From: a virus
Virus record (IMG/VR): IMGVR_UViG_3300032579_000531
Coordinates: 1-64,000 of that record
Length of the DNA stretch: 64,000 bases
Direction: 5' to 3' (one strand)
Below, piece by piece: positions 27,414 through 36,079 of this stretch. Made by a program: the position numbers and the translations under genes. Under the pieces are notes generated by a model. The model was not told where the DNA came from and ran no database searches. It saw only the letters and a program-made list of their open reading frames with translations. Each line of letters opens with the position of its first letter. The first letter of the stretch is position 1.

Positions 27414-28261
27414 TTCTTCATCCAATCTACGTAATTTTTGTTCCACTCAGCGGGATCATTGAATATGTCCTCACACAAACTGTGATGACGTGCTTTTGAA
27501 TCTCGTGTAAACTCTACAACAAAGCGACCAATTTTCTTTGGATCTTTAAACATACCAAAGTTATCGGGGAACTCTGTTTTAAGTTGTTCGTAAACATCTA
27601 GGTTAGCAGTAAAGCCATTAATTTCCATAATAGTCTTTAGTGCAGCAATACTTGAGTTAGCGGCTGTACACTTGATACTGCCGTTAACTGCGGCCAGCAT
27701 AGTCATGTCGCCAGCTTGCCATTCTGTATAAGGGATTTCGTATTCCAAGTCGTGCCAAAAGTCGTGCGGTAGTATATCTTGGTTGCCGTTCCACATCCAC
27801 TTAGGATGGCGGCTTTCTACAATAATGTGATCACCTCTATGTGCTAAGTGTCTCATAAACCAAGCATGGTCGTGGTGGCCAAATAATACACCCCAACAAA
27901 AGATAATATCATATTTTTCATCATTACCAAGAAAGAACTCTGTTAAACTTTGGTTAATGATTTCCCAGTTATTATCTTTATGATACTTAGTTAATAGTTC
28001 AGTTGCCGTTTCGCAAAACTCTGGACTAATCTCCACACCTGTGTAACTTGCGGCACCATTGCTTAAACACCAATCGCCTGTTTGTCCAATGAAGCTACCG
28101 ATATCTAATATACGTTTATTAAGTAATCGCTCGGGAGGCAATAGCCATTCGTGTTTTTTAATTGTAATGTTAGGGTTCATTGGAACGCCACACTCTGGTG
28201 GACGATTCGCTCTAAAGTCTTTTTCCAAGAACTCAGGATGTTGTTTGAAGGAGTTTATCAT
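27410..28261 (-). CDS. Class I SAM-dependent methyltransferase
   Basis: ILDIGSFIG, YTGVE, YDIIFCWGV. Confidence 0.8.
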   Translation of the reverse strand: MINSFKQHPEFLEKDFRANRPPECGVPMNPNITIKKHEWLLPPERLLNKRILDIGSFIGQTGDWCLSNGAASYTGVEISPEFCETATELLTKYHKDNNWEIINQSLTEFFLGNDEKYDIIFCWGVLFGHHDHAWFMRHLAHRGDHIIVESRHPKWMWNGNQDILPHDFWHDLEYEIPYTEWQAGDMTMLAAVNGSIKCTAANSSIAALKTIMEINGFTANLDVYEQLKTEFPDNFGMFKDPKKIGRFVVEFTRDSKARHHSLCEDIFNDPAEWNKNYVDWMKK

Positions 28262-28282
28262 TTTATCTTTGAAAGTGAGAGA

Positions 28283-28298
28283 AGCCCCCGGAGGGGCT
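28283..28298 (-). terminator. GC hairpin closing the tmRNA coding piece
   Basis: AGCCCC-TCCG-GGGGCT followed by a pyrimidine tract. Confidence 0.6.
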
Positions 28299-28299
28299 G

Positions 28300-28575
28300 G
28301 TTGTTTCTGTTACGAGGCATTTCCTGCCCTAAGCAGTTTTTAGGCTGCTAATGCGTAAACTGAATCGTTTGCGTCTATAGATTTGCTTGATTTATGGTCA
28401 TCGCCTACCCTGTTGCCTTTGTCGCTATCTCACCATGTCGAAACCTTGTCATCCCCACCCAAGTATACTGTCCCACGGACTTTGCACTCCCATTTGGTTG
28501 CACAATATACTTAGGTGGAGATGCCGGGAATCGAACCCGGGTCCACAATGCCTTTACTCTAAAGGAATTACAACA
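28300..28575 (-). ncRNA. ssrA: Circularly permuted (two-piece) tmRNA, tag ANDSVYALAA; outer boundaries approximate
   Basis: T-arm and acceptor 3' strand (CCGGGTTCGATTCCCGG CATCTCC A CC, 28540-28514) precede the 5' strand GGGGATG (28456-28450); G3.U70 pair; tag reading frame 28372-28340. Confidence 0.9.
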
Positions 28576-28578
28576 ATT

Positions 28579-28662
28579 CTATTGACTATCTAACCAATCC
28601 TTTAGTTCTATCATACAATATAATAAAACTGCTACAATCATAAGATAGGCCAGATATGTCAT
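28579..28662 (-). CDS. Possible 27 aa membrane peptide
   Basis: MTYLAYLMIVAVLLYCMIELKDWLDSQ directly after CTAAATA. Confidence 0.35.
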   Translation of the reverse strand: MTYLAYLMIVAVLLYCMIELKDWLDSQ

Positions 28663-28676
28663 ATAATTATTTAGTG

Positions 28677-28853
28677 TTAAATACAGCTTGCGCCGTACTT
28701 ATTTTCACCTGGTGTGCTAGGGACAAACATGATAGCTAGGCTAACGACCCATCCAACGTATGGTACTAGAGTTAGTAAAATCCATACACCACTTTGACCA
28801 AAGTCACGAATACGTTGACTACCTGCGGCCCAAACAGGACTTATACGCTTCAC
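28677..28853 (-). pseudogene. C-terminal half of a DUF805 (YhaH/YhaI-like) membrane protein
   Basis: QRIRDFGQSGVWILLTLVPYVGWVVSLAIMFVPSTPGENKYG; in-frame stop just upstream of a GTG. Confidence 0.6.
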
Positions 28854-28875
28854 AGCGAGTGCCCGTTGTTAAAAA

Positions 28876-29205
28876 TTACTCAGCTACTGCGTCGAGTAAT
28901 GCACGGGCTTTGATATCTTCCAAGCTAGGCTTGGCTTTTACCTTGGTTGCTTTGGCAGATACTGTGCCATTGTACTTGGCATCAGCTGCGTCAATCGCCG
29001 CTTTATAGTCAGCGTTTGCATACAACTCAGTTGTCTTAAGGAATACAACCAATGCTGGCTTGGTCATGCCTTCTGGTAGCTCGAGCAAATTGATATCGCT
29101 ATCTGTCTTTGCAAGGATCTTAACACGAGTCATGTCAGTAGCAAAACGTACTTTATACTGACCTTTAGTTTTAGAAACACCACCAACTTTGAACAATTTA
29201 TTCAT
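28876..29205 (-). CDS. Basic hypothetical protein
   Basis: VGGVSK..YKVRFATD; SD GGAG; A/K-rich tail. Confidence 0.7.
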   Translation of the reverse strand: MNKLFKVGGVSKTKGQYKVRFATDMTRVKILAKTDSDINLLELPEGMTKPALVVFLKTTELYANADYKAAIDAADAKYNGTVSAKATKVKAKPSLEDIKARALLDAVAE

Positions 29206-29466
29206 TTTGTAAAACTCCATTTTTAAGTTAAATTAAATTTACTACATTGTATGCTGGACACACTCCAACATATTTCATATTATAGATTATTTCGAATTAA
29301 AATGCAACCATAATATGAAATTCCTTTTACCAAAATTACTTGGCCAATTCTGTACTTTGGGACTTGACAGTTTCTACACCCTTGTCCATAATTCTAGCAA
29401 TACCACTAAAGCCCACGGTTGCCAGGATCAACCCAAATACTGTACCGATGATAAACATTTTCATAA

Positions 29467-29649
29467 TTAGTCTTTCTTAGAAATTGATGTCTTGGTTAAA
29501 CTCAGTAAAACTGCTGCCGCCATCCAATGTTCAAAATCTACTGGAATTGCCAGTGCAGGGAATAATGTATTCAATGCCCAGATTGCCGCAAGAGGCCCAA
29601 CGACAATCATTAATACCATGAATGCTAATGCCAAAAGAATTTTACTCAT
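29467..29649 (-). CDS. Small membrane protein
   Basis: GPLAAIWALNTLFP. Confidence 0.6.
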   Translation of the reverse strand: MSKILLALAFMVLMIVVGPLAAIWALNTLFPALAIPVDFEHWMAAAVLLSLTKTSISKKD

Positions 29650-29930
29650 TATACACTCTCCAACATATTTGCAGGGACCTTGTAAACTGTACCAGCTGTG
29701 GTACGAACAAGAACGTTTTTAACACTGACCTTTTCAACCACACCGTTATAAACAATACCACGACGTGAATCTGTAAACTTAACCGATGTACCTTTTACTA
29801 AAGTACCTTTATTCTTTTGACCTAACTGAGCACGGGCAAATTTAATTGCTTGACCAATGTCATCTAGTTCTGTGTTGGTAAAACTACCACTAATAATACT
29901 ACTACGAATGTCATGTAAACTTGAGTTCAT
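29649..29930 (-). CDS. Hypothetical protein with SH3-like C-terminus
   Basis: G..VKF..GVVEKV..YKVPANML. Confidence 0.6.
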   Translation of the reverse strand: MNSSLHDIRSSIISGSFTNTELDDIGQAIKFARAQLGQKNKGTLVKGTSVKFTDSRRGIVYNGVVEKVSVKNVLVRTTAGTVYKVPANMLESV

Positions 29931-29939
29931 ATCTTATCC

Positions 29940-30299
29940 TTAATCTAAACGTGATCCGGCGTAAGCCTGGAAACCATATCGCTCAAATACTTCTGCCGCG
30001 GCACGAGCGCCTTCTTCTTTAGTGTCGATATTCTGACAACCCATATCACTCGGATTCCAAATCTGGAAACTACCGGTGTAACTTTTACGAATACCTGCTG
30101 CTTTCATTGCACGTCCTAACTTGGTGTTACCTTTGATACCAAAAATGTCTACCCAAGCAAAACCACAACTATACTGATCTTGTCCGCCTAACTTTTCATT
30201 GAAGTATTTGCGAGCGGCACGTTGAGCGGCTGTTTTAGCTTCAAACACAATTTCTTCAATTTGCTTTTGATCGTAGTTCATATTAAACTCCACACGCAT
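29940..30299 (-). CDS. Conserved hypothetical phage protein
   Basis: CGFAWV..QNIDTKEEGA..GSRLD. Confidence 0.7.
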   Translation of the reverse strand: MRVEFNMNYDQKQIEEIVFEAKTAAQRAARKYFNEKLGGQDQYSCGFAWVDIFGIKGNTKLGRAMKAAGIRKSYTGSFQIWNPSDMGCQNIDTKEEGARAAAEVFERYGFQAYAGSRLD

Positions 30300-30438
30300 C
30301 TAAAAATTTTGCTTGATCAAATCTAGGATTAGTTGATTGTGCTACCTTGGCAAACGCAATCGCTGTCGCTAACCGTTGGGCCATGTCAGGCATCGAACTA
30401 ATCTCTTTAGCCATTGCTACAAAGTGTTTTCTGCTCAT
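30283..30438 (-). CDS. Small hypothetical phage protein (51 aa, not in ORF track)
   Basis: MSRKHFVAMA..NPRFDQAKFLDACGV; SD AAGGAG. Confidence 0.65.
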   Translation of the reverse strand: MSRKHFVAMAKEISSMPDMAQRLATAIAFAKVAQSTNPRFDQAKFLDACGV

Positions 30439-30468
30439 TTACTGCTCCTTATTAGTTACTATACAACT

Positions 30469-30497
30469 ATTATACTATTTTGGGAATTAATGGACAA
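30469..30497 (-). promoter_or_regulatory. Early sigma70-type promoter
   Basis: TTGTCC-N17-TATAAT-AGTTGTATAG. Confidence 0.75.
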
Positions 30498-30502
30498 CCG
30501 TT

Positions 30503-30688
30503 TTATGCTTGCCAATCTGTTGGTGCCAAGTCCACTGTTTCTTCAATTTCTGTCCACATATCGTACACACGATTAACTAGTTGAGCACGAACAGCAGGGT
30601 TTAACGGGAGCTTCTGCAACAATTCTTCAACTTCGTCCAGTTTGGAGTCAATTTCTTCTAGTAGTTCCAGAGTATAATTACTTGCCAT
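30503..30688 (-). CDS. Small acidic helical protein
   Basis: E/D-rich; own promoter and SD. Confidence 0.6.
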   Translation of the reverse strand: MASNYTLELLEEIDSKLDEVEELLQKLPLNPAVRAQLVNRVYDMWTEIEETVDLAPTDWQA

Positions 30689-30718
30689 TTAATAGTCCTT
30701 TTTGTTCACTATACAAAC

Positions 30719-30773
30719 ATTATACATTATTGGTAATTTTTGGGTCAACCAAAATTTGTTGCGTAAATACAAC
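30719..30773 (-). promoter_or_regulatory. Early promoter with upstream GTTG-N8-CAAC palindrome
   Basis: TTGACC-N18-TATAAT; GTTGCGTAAATACAAC at 30758-30773. Confidence 0.7.
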
Positions 30774-30892
30774 TCCGCCCAATGTGCCCTTATACATATT
30801 AGCAACGGATTTGATGTAAAACTGCATAACTTTACCGTTTTTTGTGATTAATGTATATGGCATTTGTATTCCTTATTAATTACTATAACAAC

Positions 30893-30948
30893 AGTATAGC
30901 ATTTTGGGAATTAATGGTCAATTCGAAATAGTGTGGGATTTTTGCAAC
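30893..30948 (-). promoter_or_regulatory. Early promoter with degenerate palindrome
   Basis: TTGACC-N17-TATACT; GTGG-N8-CAAC at 30933-30948. Confidence 0.65.
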
Positions 30949-30991
30949 AGAAATTGGTAAATATTAGATATAAAACAATAACGAATTCAAT

Positions 30992-31016
30992 AAAAAACCC
31001 GCCTAGTGCGGGTTTT
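30992..31016 (-). terminator. Intrinsic terminator
   Basis: aaaaaacccgc-ctagt-gcgggtttt. Confidence 0.75.
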
Positions 31017-31383
31017 GTTTTATTATAGGTTTCACGTAAGCAACAGGAATAGTTTTTGCTCCGGATAACCAGTAAGCGCATAATCGATGCCTTCCTTCTA
31101 CTACGTATAAAGTAGGATCATTGAATTTAACATATACAGGAAGAGAGAAGGGTATATTGGCTTTTATTGTTGATATCATACTCTCTACTTTTCTCTTCTC
31201 GCCGATTTGTTTCTTAAAATGACCCCATATTCCTTTTGCCTGCGGAATAAATTTATCAATTGGTTCAGATTTTAAGTCAATGTCAACATTGTCGGGTGTA
31301 GTAGAATAAAAAACCCATGCTGCATTGGTCAAATCATGTAGATTTGGTTGTGGTTGCAGACCTACAAATTCTTTAGCTCTCAT
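31003..31383 (-). CDS. ParB/Srx-like domain protein
   Basis: PVYV..YVVEGRHRL..GAKTIPV; N-term MRAKEF. Confidence 0.7.
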   Translation of the reverse strand: MRAKEFVGLQPQPNLHDLTNAAWVFYSTTPDNVDIDLKSEPIDKFIPQAKGIWGHFKKQIGEKRKVESMISTIKANIPFSLPVYVKFNDPTLYVVEGRHRLCAYWLSGAKTIPVAYVKPIIKQNPH

Positions 31384-32363
31384 TTTGCACTCGCTACAAA
31401 CCTTAGGTCTCTGCTTGTGCTGCCCAACTCTTTTTTCATTTGTGGTCCGGCTTGTTTAACGTCAACACGGGCAACGTGTGTTTCTGGTTCGTCTTGAGTA
31501 GTTACATTTACCGGTTCGTCGGTCTTTGTATCAAATCCGTGTATGTTTAACTTGCGACCGTAACGACGTTCTAATTCTTGCCAAACACGATATCCACCTG
31601 TACTTTGTTTGTTGTCTGACACCAGGGTCAAGCCACGATTTAAAATTAAGAAACCATATAGGTCTGCGGCACGGTACTGATTCTTAGGACCAGAGTAAAC
31701 ACCTTGGATGACAAAACTGTCGCGATTTGATTTGTACGGACGACCAGTTGTACCCAGCTGACTTGTGCGGGTGCGGGTATCAAATACATAGTAAGTAACA
31801 GTACCGCGATCTACCCAAGACCAAAGTTGATAGCCGTGTCCCATTTCTGCTACTAAGTCGCCCATATGACTAGACTCATCACCTTTGGGTATAGGCTTGC
31901 CATCATTAGGCATAACGTCTAAATGTTCACGTTTGCTTTTGGCAACGCTAGGCACTAACGTAACTTCTGCTACATTTTTAATACCAACGTAAGCCTTTAT
32001 AGTAGGAATGCCTAATGCTTTTGCTACATTAGCTCTATGGTAACCATCTAAGATAAATCCATCACCAATAACAATAGGAGGTGCTTTACTAAAGTCCATT
32101 GTTTTATATTGTTCTACTTTAGACGAATCTAACTTAGGCAAATCTGTCTTAATAGAATTTACAGGAATATCTTTTAATTCAAATCCTGTAAAAGTATTAG
32201 TAATATAATCAGTATAATCACTGTGTAAATTTGAATCGTGATATTTGCGAATATAACCAATAATATCTTCTGTAGAAACAGATTGACTTTCCATAATACC
32301 AGTGCTACGACGTAGGCGTAGCTCGTCGCTGATTTCGTTTAGGAATAACTCAGATATTAACAT
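31380..32363 (-). CDS. ParB/Srx-like domain fused to a GNAT-like domain
   Basis: PPIVI..ILDGYHRANVAKALG; LYGFL..LVSDNKQSTGGYRVW. Confidence 0.7.
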   Translation of the reverse strand: MLISELFLNEISDELRLRRSTGIMESQSVSTEDIIGYIRKYHDSNLHSDYTDYITNTFTGFELKDIPVNSIKTDLPKLDSSKVEQYKTMDFSKAPPIVIGDGFILDGYHRANVAKALGIPTIKAYVGIKNVAEVTLVPSVAKSKREHLDVMPNDGKPIPKGDESSHMGDLVAEMGHGYQLWSWVDRGTVTYYVFDTRTRTSQLGTTGRPYKSNRDSFVIQGVYSGPKNQYRAADLYGFLILNRGLTLVSDNKQSTGGYRVWQELERRYGRKLNIHGFDTKTDEPVNVTTQDEPETHVARVDVKQAGPQMKKELGSTSRDLRFVASAK

Positions 32364-35158
32364 TACGTACTCATCTTTGCTCGACAACTAAACAAGCTAG
32401 GATCTTCTGCGCCGATACCACGTAACCAGGCCTGTGCTGTTGACCACGCACTGGTTTGGTCGTGGTCAGCAAAGGTGTGTACTACGTTTCCAGAATCAAG
32501 CTCGTATACAATCCACAGTGGAACACCATTGGGTGCTGTTGCTTGTACAGGATCGCCTGAACGGTATTGTATATACGCATCATCTCTACCAGTCAAATCA
32601 TTCACATATCGTTTGGCATCTATTGCCAGGTCTCGTAACTGTGATGAATGCCCGGGCATGGTTGGCAAGAAACCATAGATCCTGTTATCACTGCCGCCAC
32701 GTACTTCATAGTAGTCGCCAGTACTAGGACGTTGACTTAACATTCCCGCCGGCGGGGTAGTATTGTCTTGTTGCGGAGTACGATTTGCTACACGTTCTGC
32801 GCTGGCATCAGTTGGAACACTACTCATAGTAACTTCGCTACCACGTCTGCTTTCGATGCCTCGTTTAACTGCTTGCGCTTGAATCAACGTAATATCGTGA
32901 ACTTGATCTATTAGATTACCGCTGCTATCTTTAAACTGCCAAGTGCGTGGAACAGTATTGGCATCGTTTGCATCTTTTGGTGTGTCTTTTTCGTTGTGCA
33001 GTTCTAAATCGTCTACACTATCAAAATCGTGTTGCTGTGCTACCTTGACCAATAGTTTCTGTGCTTCTTCACGACTGACATTCATAATAGTATCAACCAC
33101 ACGGCCAGTTGGACGATAAACAACGTTCCAATTTGGTTTAGGTGCTTTGATACGTTTGGCTAGCTTTTCACGCTGACTCAACTCTGGTGCAGGTGCATCT
33201 GGATCTGCTGGACGTAAGTTAAATCCAATACCTTCTTTGCTGTACTTGTCGTATACTGAATCAGCAGCTTCGCCTTTGGTAGCAAAGCCGTTTAGAGTTT
33301 CTAGTGTTTCACCTGTGTTGACATCGTAAACTTCCCAGTCGCCTGTGGCACTACGCATTGGACGTAAGGTGTATTCCTTCTGGAAACCTTCCATACTACC
33401 GCCGGGACTGATTTTCTGTTTGGCACGTTCCCACGCATCGGATTTGGTATAACCGTTGTACTCTTGACCAACAACGGCCTTGCCTGTGGCATCCCATAGT
33501 TTCCAATCGCCTTTGGGTTCGTTGCTTAGAGCTTTATCGGCCCAGCTCTTTTTAAGTTCTTCACTGCTGATAGCACCTGTGGCAAAACGTGCAAATAAAT
33601 CCAATGCAGGATCACCTTCTACTGGTGCAATAAGTTTGTACAACTTCTTGTAGTATTCTTTGCGTTCTAGATCGGGACGGCTGGCAATATACATAGCCTG
33701 TGCATAGCGCATCAGGGTATTTTGTAATTTAGCGATATCTTCAAAGTAGTTTGTACCACCAGCTGAGCGGAACTCGATATACTTGGCACCTTTACGTTTA
33801 GTAGGATCTGGACTAGTATTTGCACCTTGTGGGTTAATACTTGTATACTTGCCAAAGCCAGCATTGCTGATCTCTAGAGCCTTTTGTGCTAGTTCCAACA
33901 GGTTGTGCTTCATTAGTTCTAGCGCACCAGCTACAGCTTCTTTGTTGCCACGCACACGTGTCTTGATCTTTTTCATTGCGGCTTCGGCATAGTGATTACT
34001 AGCACGACCAAATGATTCTAGCACGTGTTCATCACCTAAGAATAGTGCTAGTTTAACATAGTCAACATCGCCGCCCTTGTTAGGTAAACTAACGCCCATA
34101 TGGAAGCCAGTTGATTCGTTAGAATAAGCACCATTGGACTCGGCCCATTCAAAGAACTGTTGCAACTTGGCTAAACATTCTTGTAAGGGCATAGGAGGAC
34201 TAACAATCTCTACTGGCATGTTGTCCGAATCGTCTGCATCTAAACTTGAATCTGGTTCAAAAATCCAAGTTTCATCATCACGTGTAGCTGAATGATATCC
34301 ACCGGACACTTTGGTTTTAACACCTAATTCTTTACTTAAACTATCAGCTAAACTGCGAGCATTATCTTCGCTGAATCCACCCTCACTGCTCTGACCAGTG
34401 TAAGTAATAACGGGCCACACCAATTGAAATTCACTAGCAATGTCACTCATCCAACGCAGGCCAACATCACCAAAGAAACTACTATCGTCATCGACATAAA
34501 AATCATTGCGGAAGTCATCTAATGCTGAGTCGTAAGTGCCATCTTGTGCTTTAATACTGTCTTGAACTAGTTCGTCTAGTAGGCCTTCTGCTTCTTCGCG
34601 AGCATTAATATAGTTTGCATAGGCTTTGTTTGTTTTCATTGCCTCACGTTGTTCAACGGAGCTATTAAATTGAGGAGCCTCACTACCTTGTATCAAGGCA
34701 TCGCTAACTTCATCTTCGGACAGATCCATCAACTCTAACTGTTTACGAGTTTCGTCATCCCAATCAAAATCATCTTCTTCGATAATTTTTTTAATTAAAT
34801 CTTCTTGCTCATCACGGAAAGCATCGTACATTTTCTCGTCGACCCATTCCATATACTTTTCATCTAGCCCTTCTTGTAACTTATCCAAGTCTCGGCCATA
34901 TGTAGCATAACCGTACTCGTCGTTACCGAAAAAGTTTATAACATCATCGATGCTATTGCAACGCTCGTCAGCATCATAATCGGGTTCGGGATCTTCATCG
35001 TAATCGGCTTCACCGCCTTGTCCGGTAAACACAAGTTCTGCTTCAAATCCGGCCATGATGCCTTCTGCTTCGGGGCTACTAGCAAACTGCTGTAACGAAC
35101 GAGGATTCATGCGAAGCTCGTCTAATTGTTGTTCGGAAAGTAGGTCTTTATATCTCAT
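32363..35158 (-). CDS. Amidoligase (COOH-NH2 ligase type 2) domain protein with acidic insert and repeated C-terminal modules
   Basis: GFEAE, EPDSSL, EIVSPPM, STGFHMGVS, KYTSIN, YIEFRSAGG. Confidence 0.75.
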   Translation of the reverse strand: MRYKDLLSEQQLDELRMNPRSLQQFASSPEAEGIMAGFEAELVFTGQGGEADYDEDPEPDYDADERCNSIDDVINFFGNDEYGYATYGRDLDKLQEGLDEKYMEWVDEKMYDAFRDEQEDLIKKIIEEDDFDWDDETRKQLELMDLSEDEVSDALIQGSEAPQFNSSVEQREAMKTNKAYANYINAREEAEGLLDELVQDSIKAQDGTYDSALDDFRNDFYVDDDSSFFGDVGLRWMSDIASEFQLVWPVITYTGQSSEGGFSEDNARSLADSLSKELGVKTKVSGGYHSATRDDETWIFEPDSSLDADDSDNMPVEIVSPPMPLQECLAKLQQFFEWAESNGAYSNESTGFHMGVSLPNKGGDVDYVKLALFLGDEHVLESFGRASNHYAEAAMKKIKTRVRGNKEAVAGALELMKHNLLELAQKALEISNAGFGKYTSINPQGANTSPDPTKRKGAKYIEFRSAGGTNYFEDIAKLQNTLMRYAQAMYIASRPDLERKEYYKKLYKLIAPVEGDPALDLFARFATGAISSEELKKSWADKALSNEPKGDWKLWDATGKAVVGQEYNGYTKSDAWERAKQKISPGGSMEGFQKEYTLRPMRSATGDWEVYDVNTGETLETLNGFATKGEAADSVYDKYSKEGIGFNLRPADPDAPAPELSQREKLAKRIKAPKPNWNVVYRPTGRVVDTIMNVSREEAQKLLVKVAQQHDFDSVDDLELHNEKDTPKDANDANTVPRTWQFKDSSGNLIDQVHDITLIQAQAVKRGIESRRGSEVTMSSVPTDASAERVANRTPQQDNTTPPAGMLSQRPSTGDYYEVRGGSDNRIYGFLPTMPGHSSQLRDLAIDAKRYVNDLTGRDDAYIQYRSGDPVQATAPNGVPLWIVYELDSGNVVHTFADHDQTSAWSTAQAWLRGIGAEDPSLFSCRAKMST

Positions 35159-35224
35159 AATCAGTCATAAAAATAGGGTAGATTTAGTCTACCCTAGTAT
35201 TTATCATGCTACAGTCTTAGATGA

Positions 35225-36058
35225 TTAATCTGCGTCTGCGTTGGCACCGCATTTGGCACGTTTAGCGTTGGTTAATGCACCAAAGTTAACTGGCCATTCT
35301 TTACCTGGTTGTAGTTCAACACCGCCTGGTGGCAATGCAAACTGTACTCCAGCGTCTTGCATAATAGTAGCAACAGGCACACGGAACTTGGTTAAGTCAT
35401 TGCCCAAGTTTGGATATGGTGCTGTGTGTGGGAATCCCCATCCAGCGTACTGTTTAGTTTGGTTATCAATAACAATCTTGTAAAAGCCATGTGGTACAAC
35501 TACGCCTTTACCAATTGTTTTGTCGCCTGGGCCATATAAACCGCCAGCAATAACTGTAAATGAGTTGTTGCCTTGTACTGCCCAACCACGTACACTAGTT
35601 TCTAATAGTTTCCAGATACCACGGTTCAAACTACCTGCTTGTGGACTCATGTTAGTCATTAGGAATGATTCAAATTCAACCTGTGTGTCCCATGATAAGT
35701 CACCATCGGGTGCCATATGGCCTTTGTCGTAACCTGTGCCAGCATAGTCGCCAGGAACAGCGCCATTTTGAACAAATTGATTTGGAGCAAATGCGTTAGT
35801 ACGAGCAACACAACCTAATGCGTTTTGTGGTAATAGTTCATACATTACATAGTTAGGTAACTTGGCAGCCGCATCGTAACCTACCAAATATGCTTGTTGG
35901 CAAATTGGTTGTAGTTGACGTTGAGTCTGTGGGAAACCGTAGGGTGCGTGTACCGCACATTGAGCTGGTGGAAACGGCTGACGCTGTGTCCACGCACTAG
36001 CTTGAGTACTTGCTAGAGCTGTTACTGCAAATGCCAAAATGGCTAATAGTTTTTTCAT
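35225..36058 (-). CDS. Secreted DNA/RNA non-specific endonuclease (NucA family)
   Basis: Signal peptide; GYDKGHMAP, TNMSPQ..LNRGIWKLLE, VPHGFYKIV. Confidence 0.93.
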   Translation of the reverse strand: MKKLLAILAFAVTALASTQASAWTQRQPFPPAQCAVHAPYGFPQTQRQLQPICQQAYLVGYDAAAKLPNYVMYELLPQNALGCVARTNAFAPNQFVQNGAVPGDYAGTGYDKGHMAPDGDLSWDTQVEFESFLMTNMSPQAGSLNRGIWKLLETSVRGWAVQGNNSFTVIAGGLYGPGDKTIGKGVVVPHGFYKIVIDNQTKQYAGWGFPHTAPYPNLGNDLTKFRVPVATIMQDAGVQFALPPGGVELQPGKEWPVNFGALTNAKRAKCGANADAD

Positions 36059-36079
36059 TATTGAAAATCTCCTTGTAAT

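Noticed and set aside
28514-28545. Stand-alone tRNA gene
   Set aside because: T-arm and acceptor strand belong to the permuted tmRNA; no anticodon arm.
30758-30773. LexA SOS box
   Set aside because: GTTG-N8-CAAC does not match the beta/gammaproteobacterial CTGT-N8-ACAG consensus.
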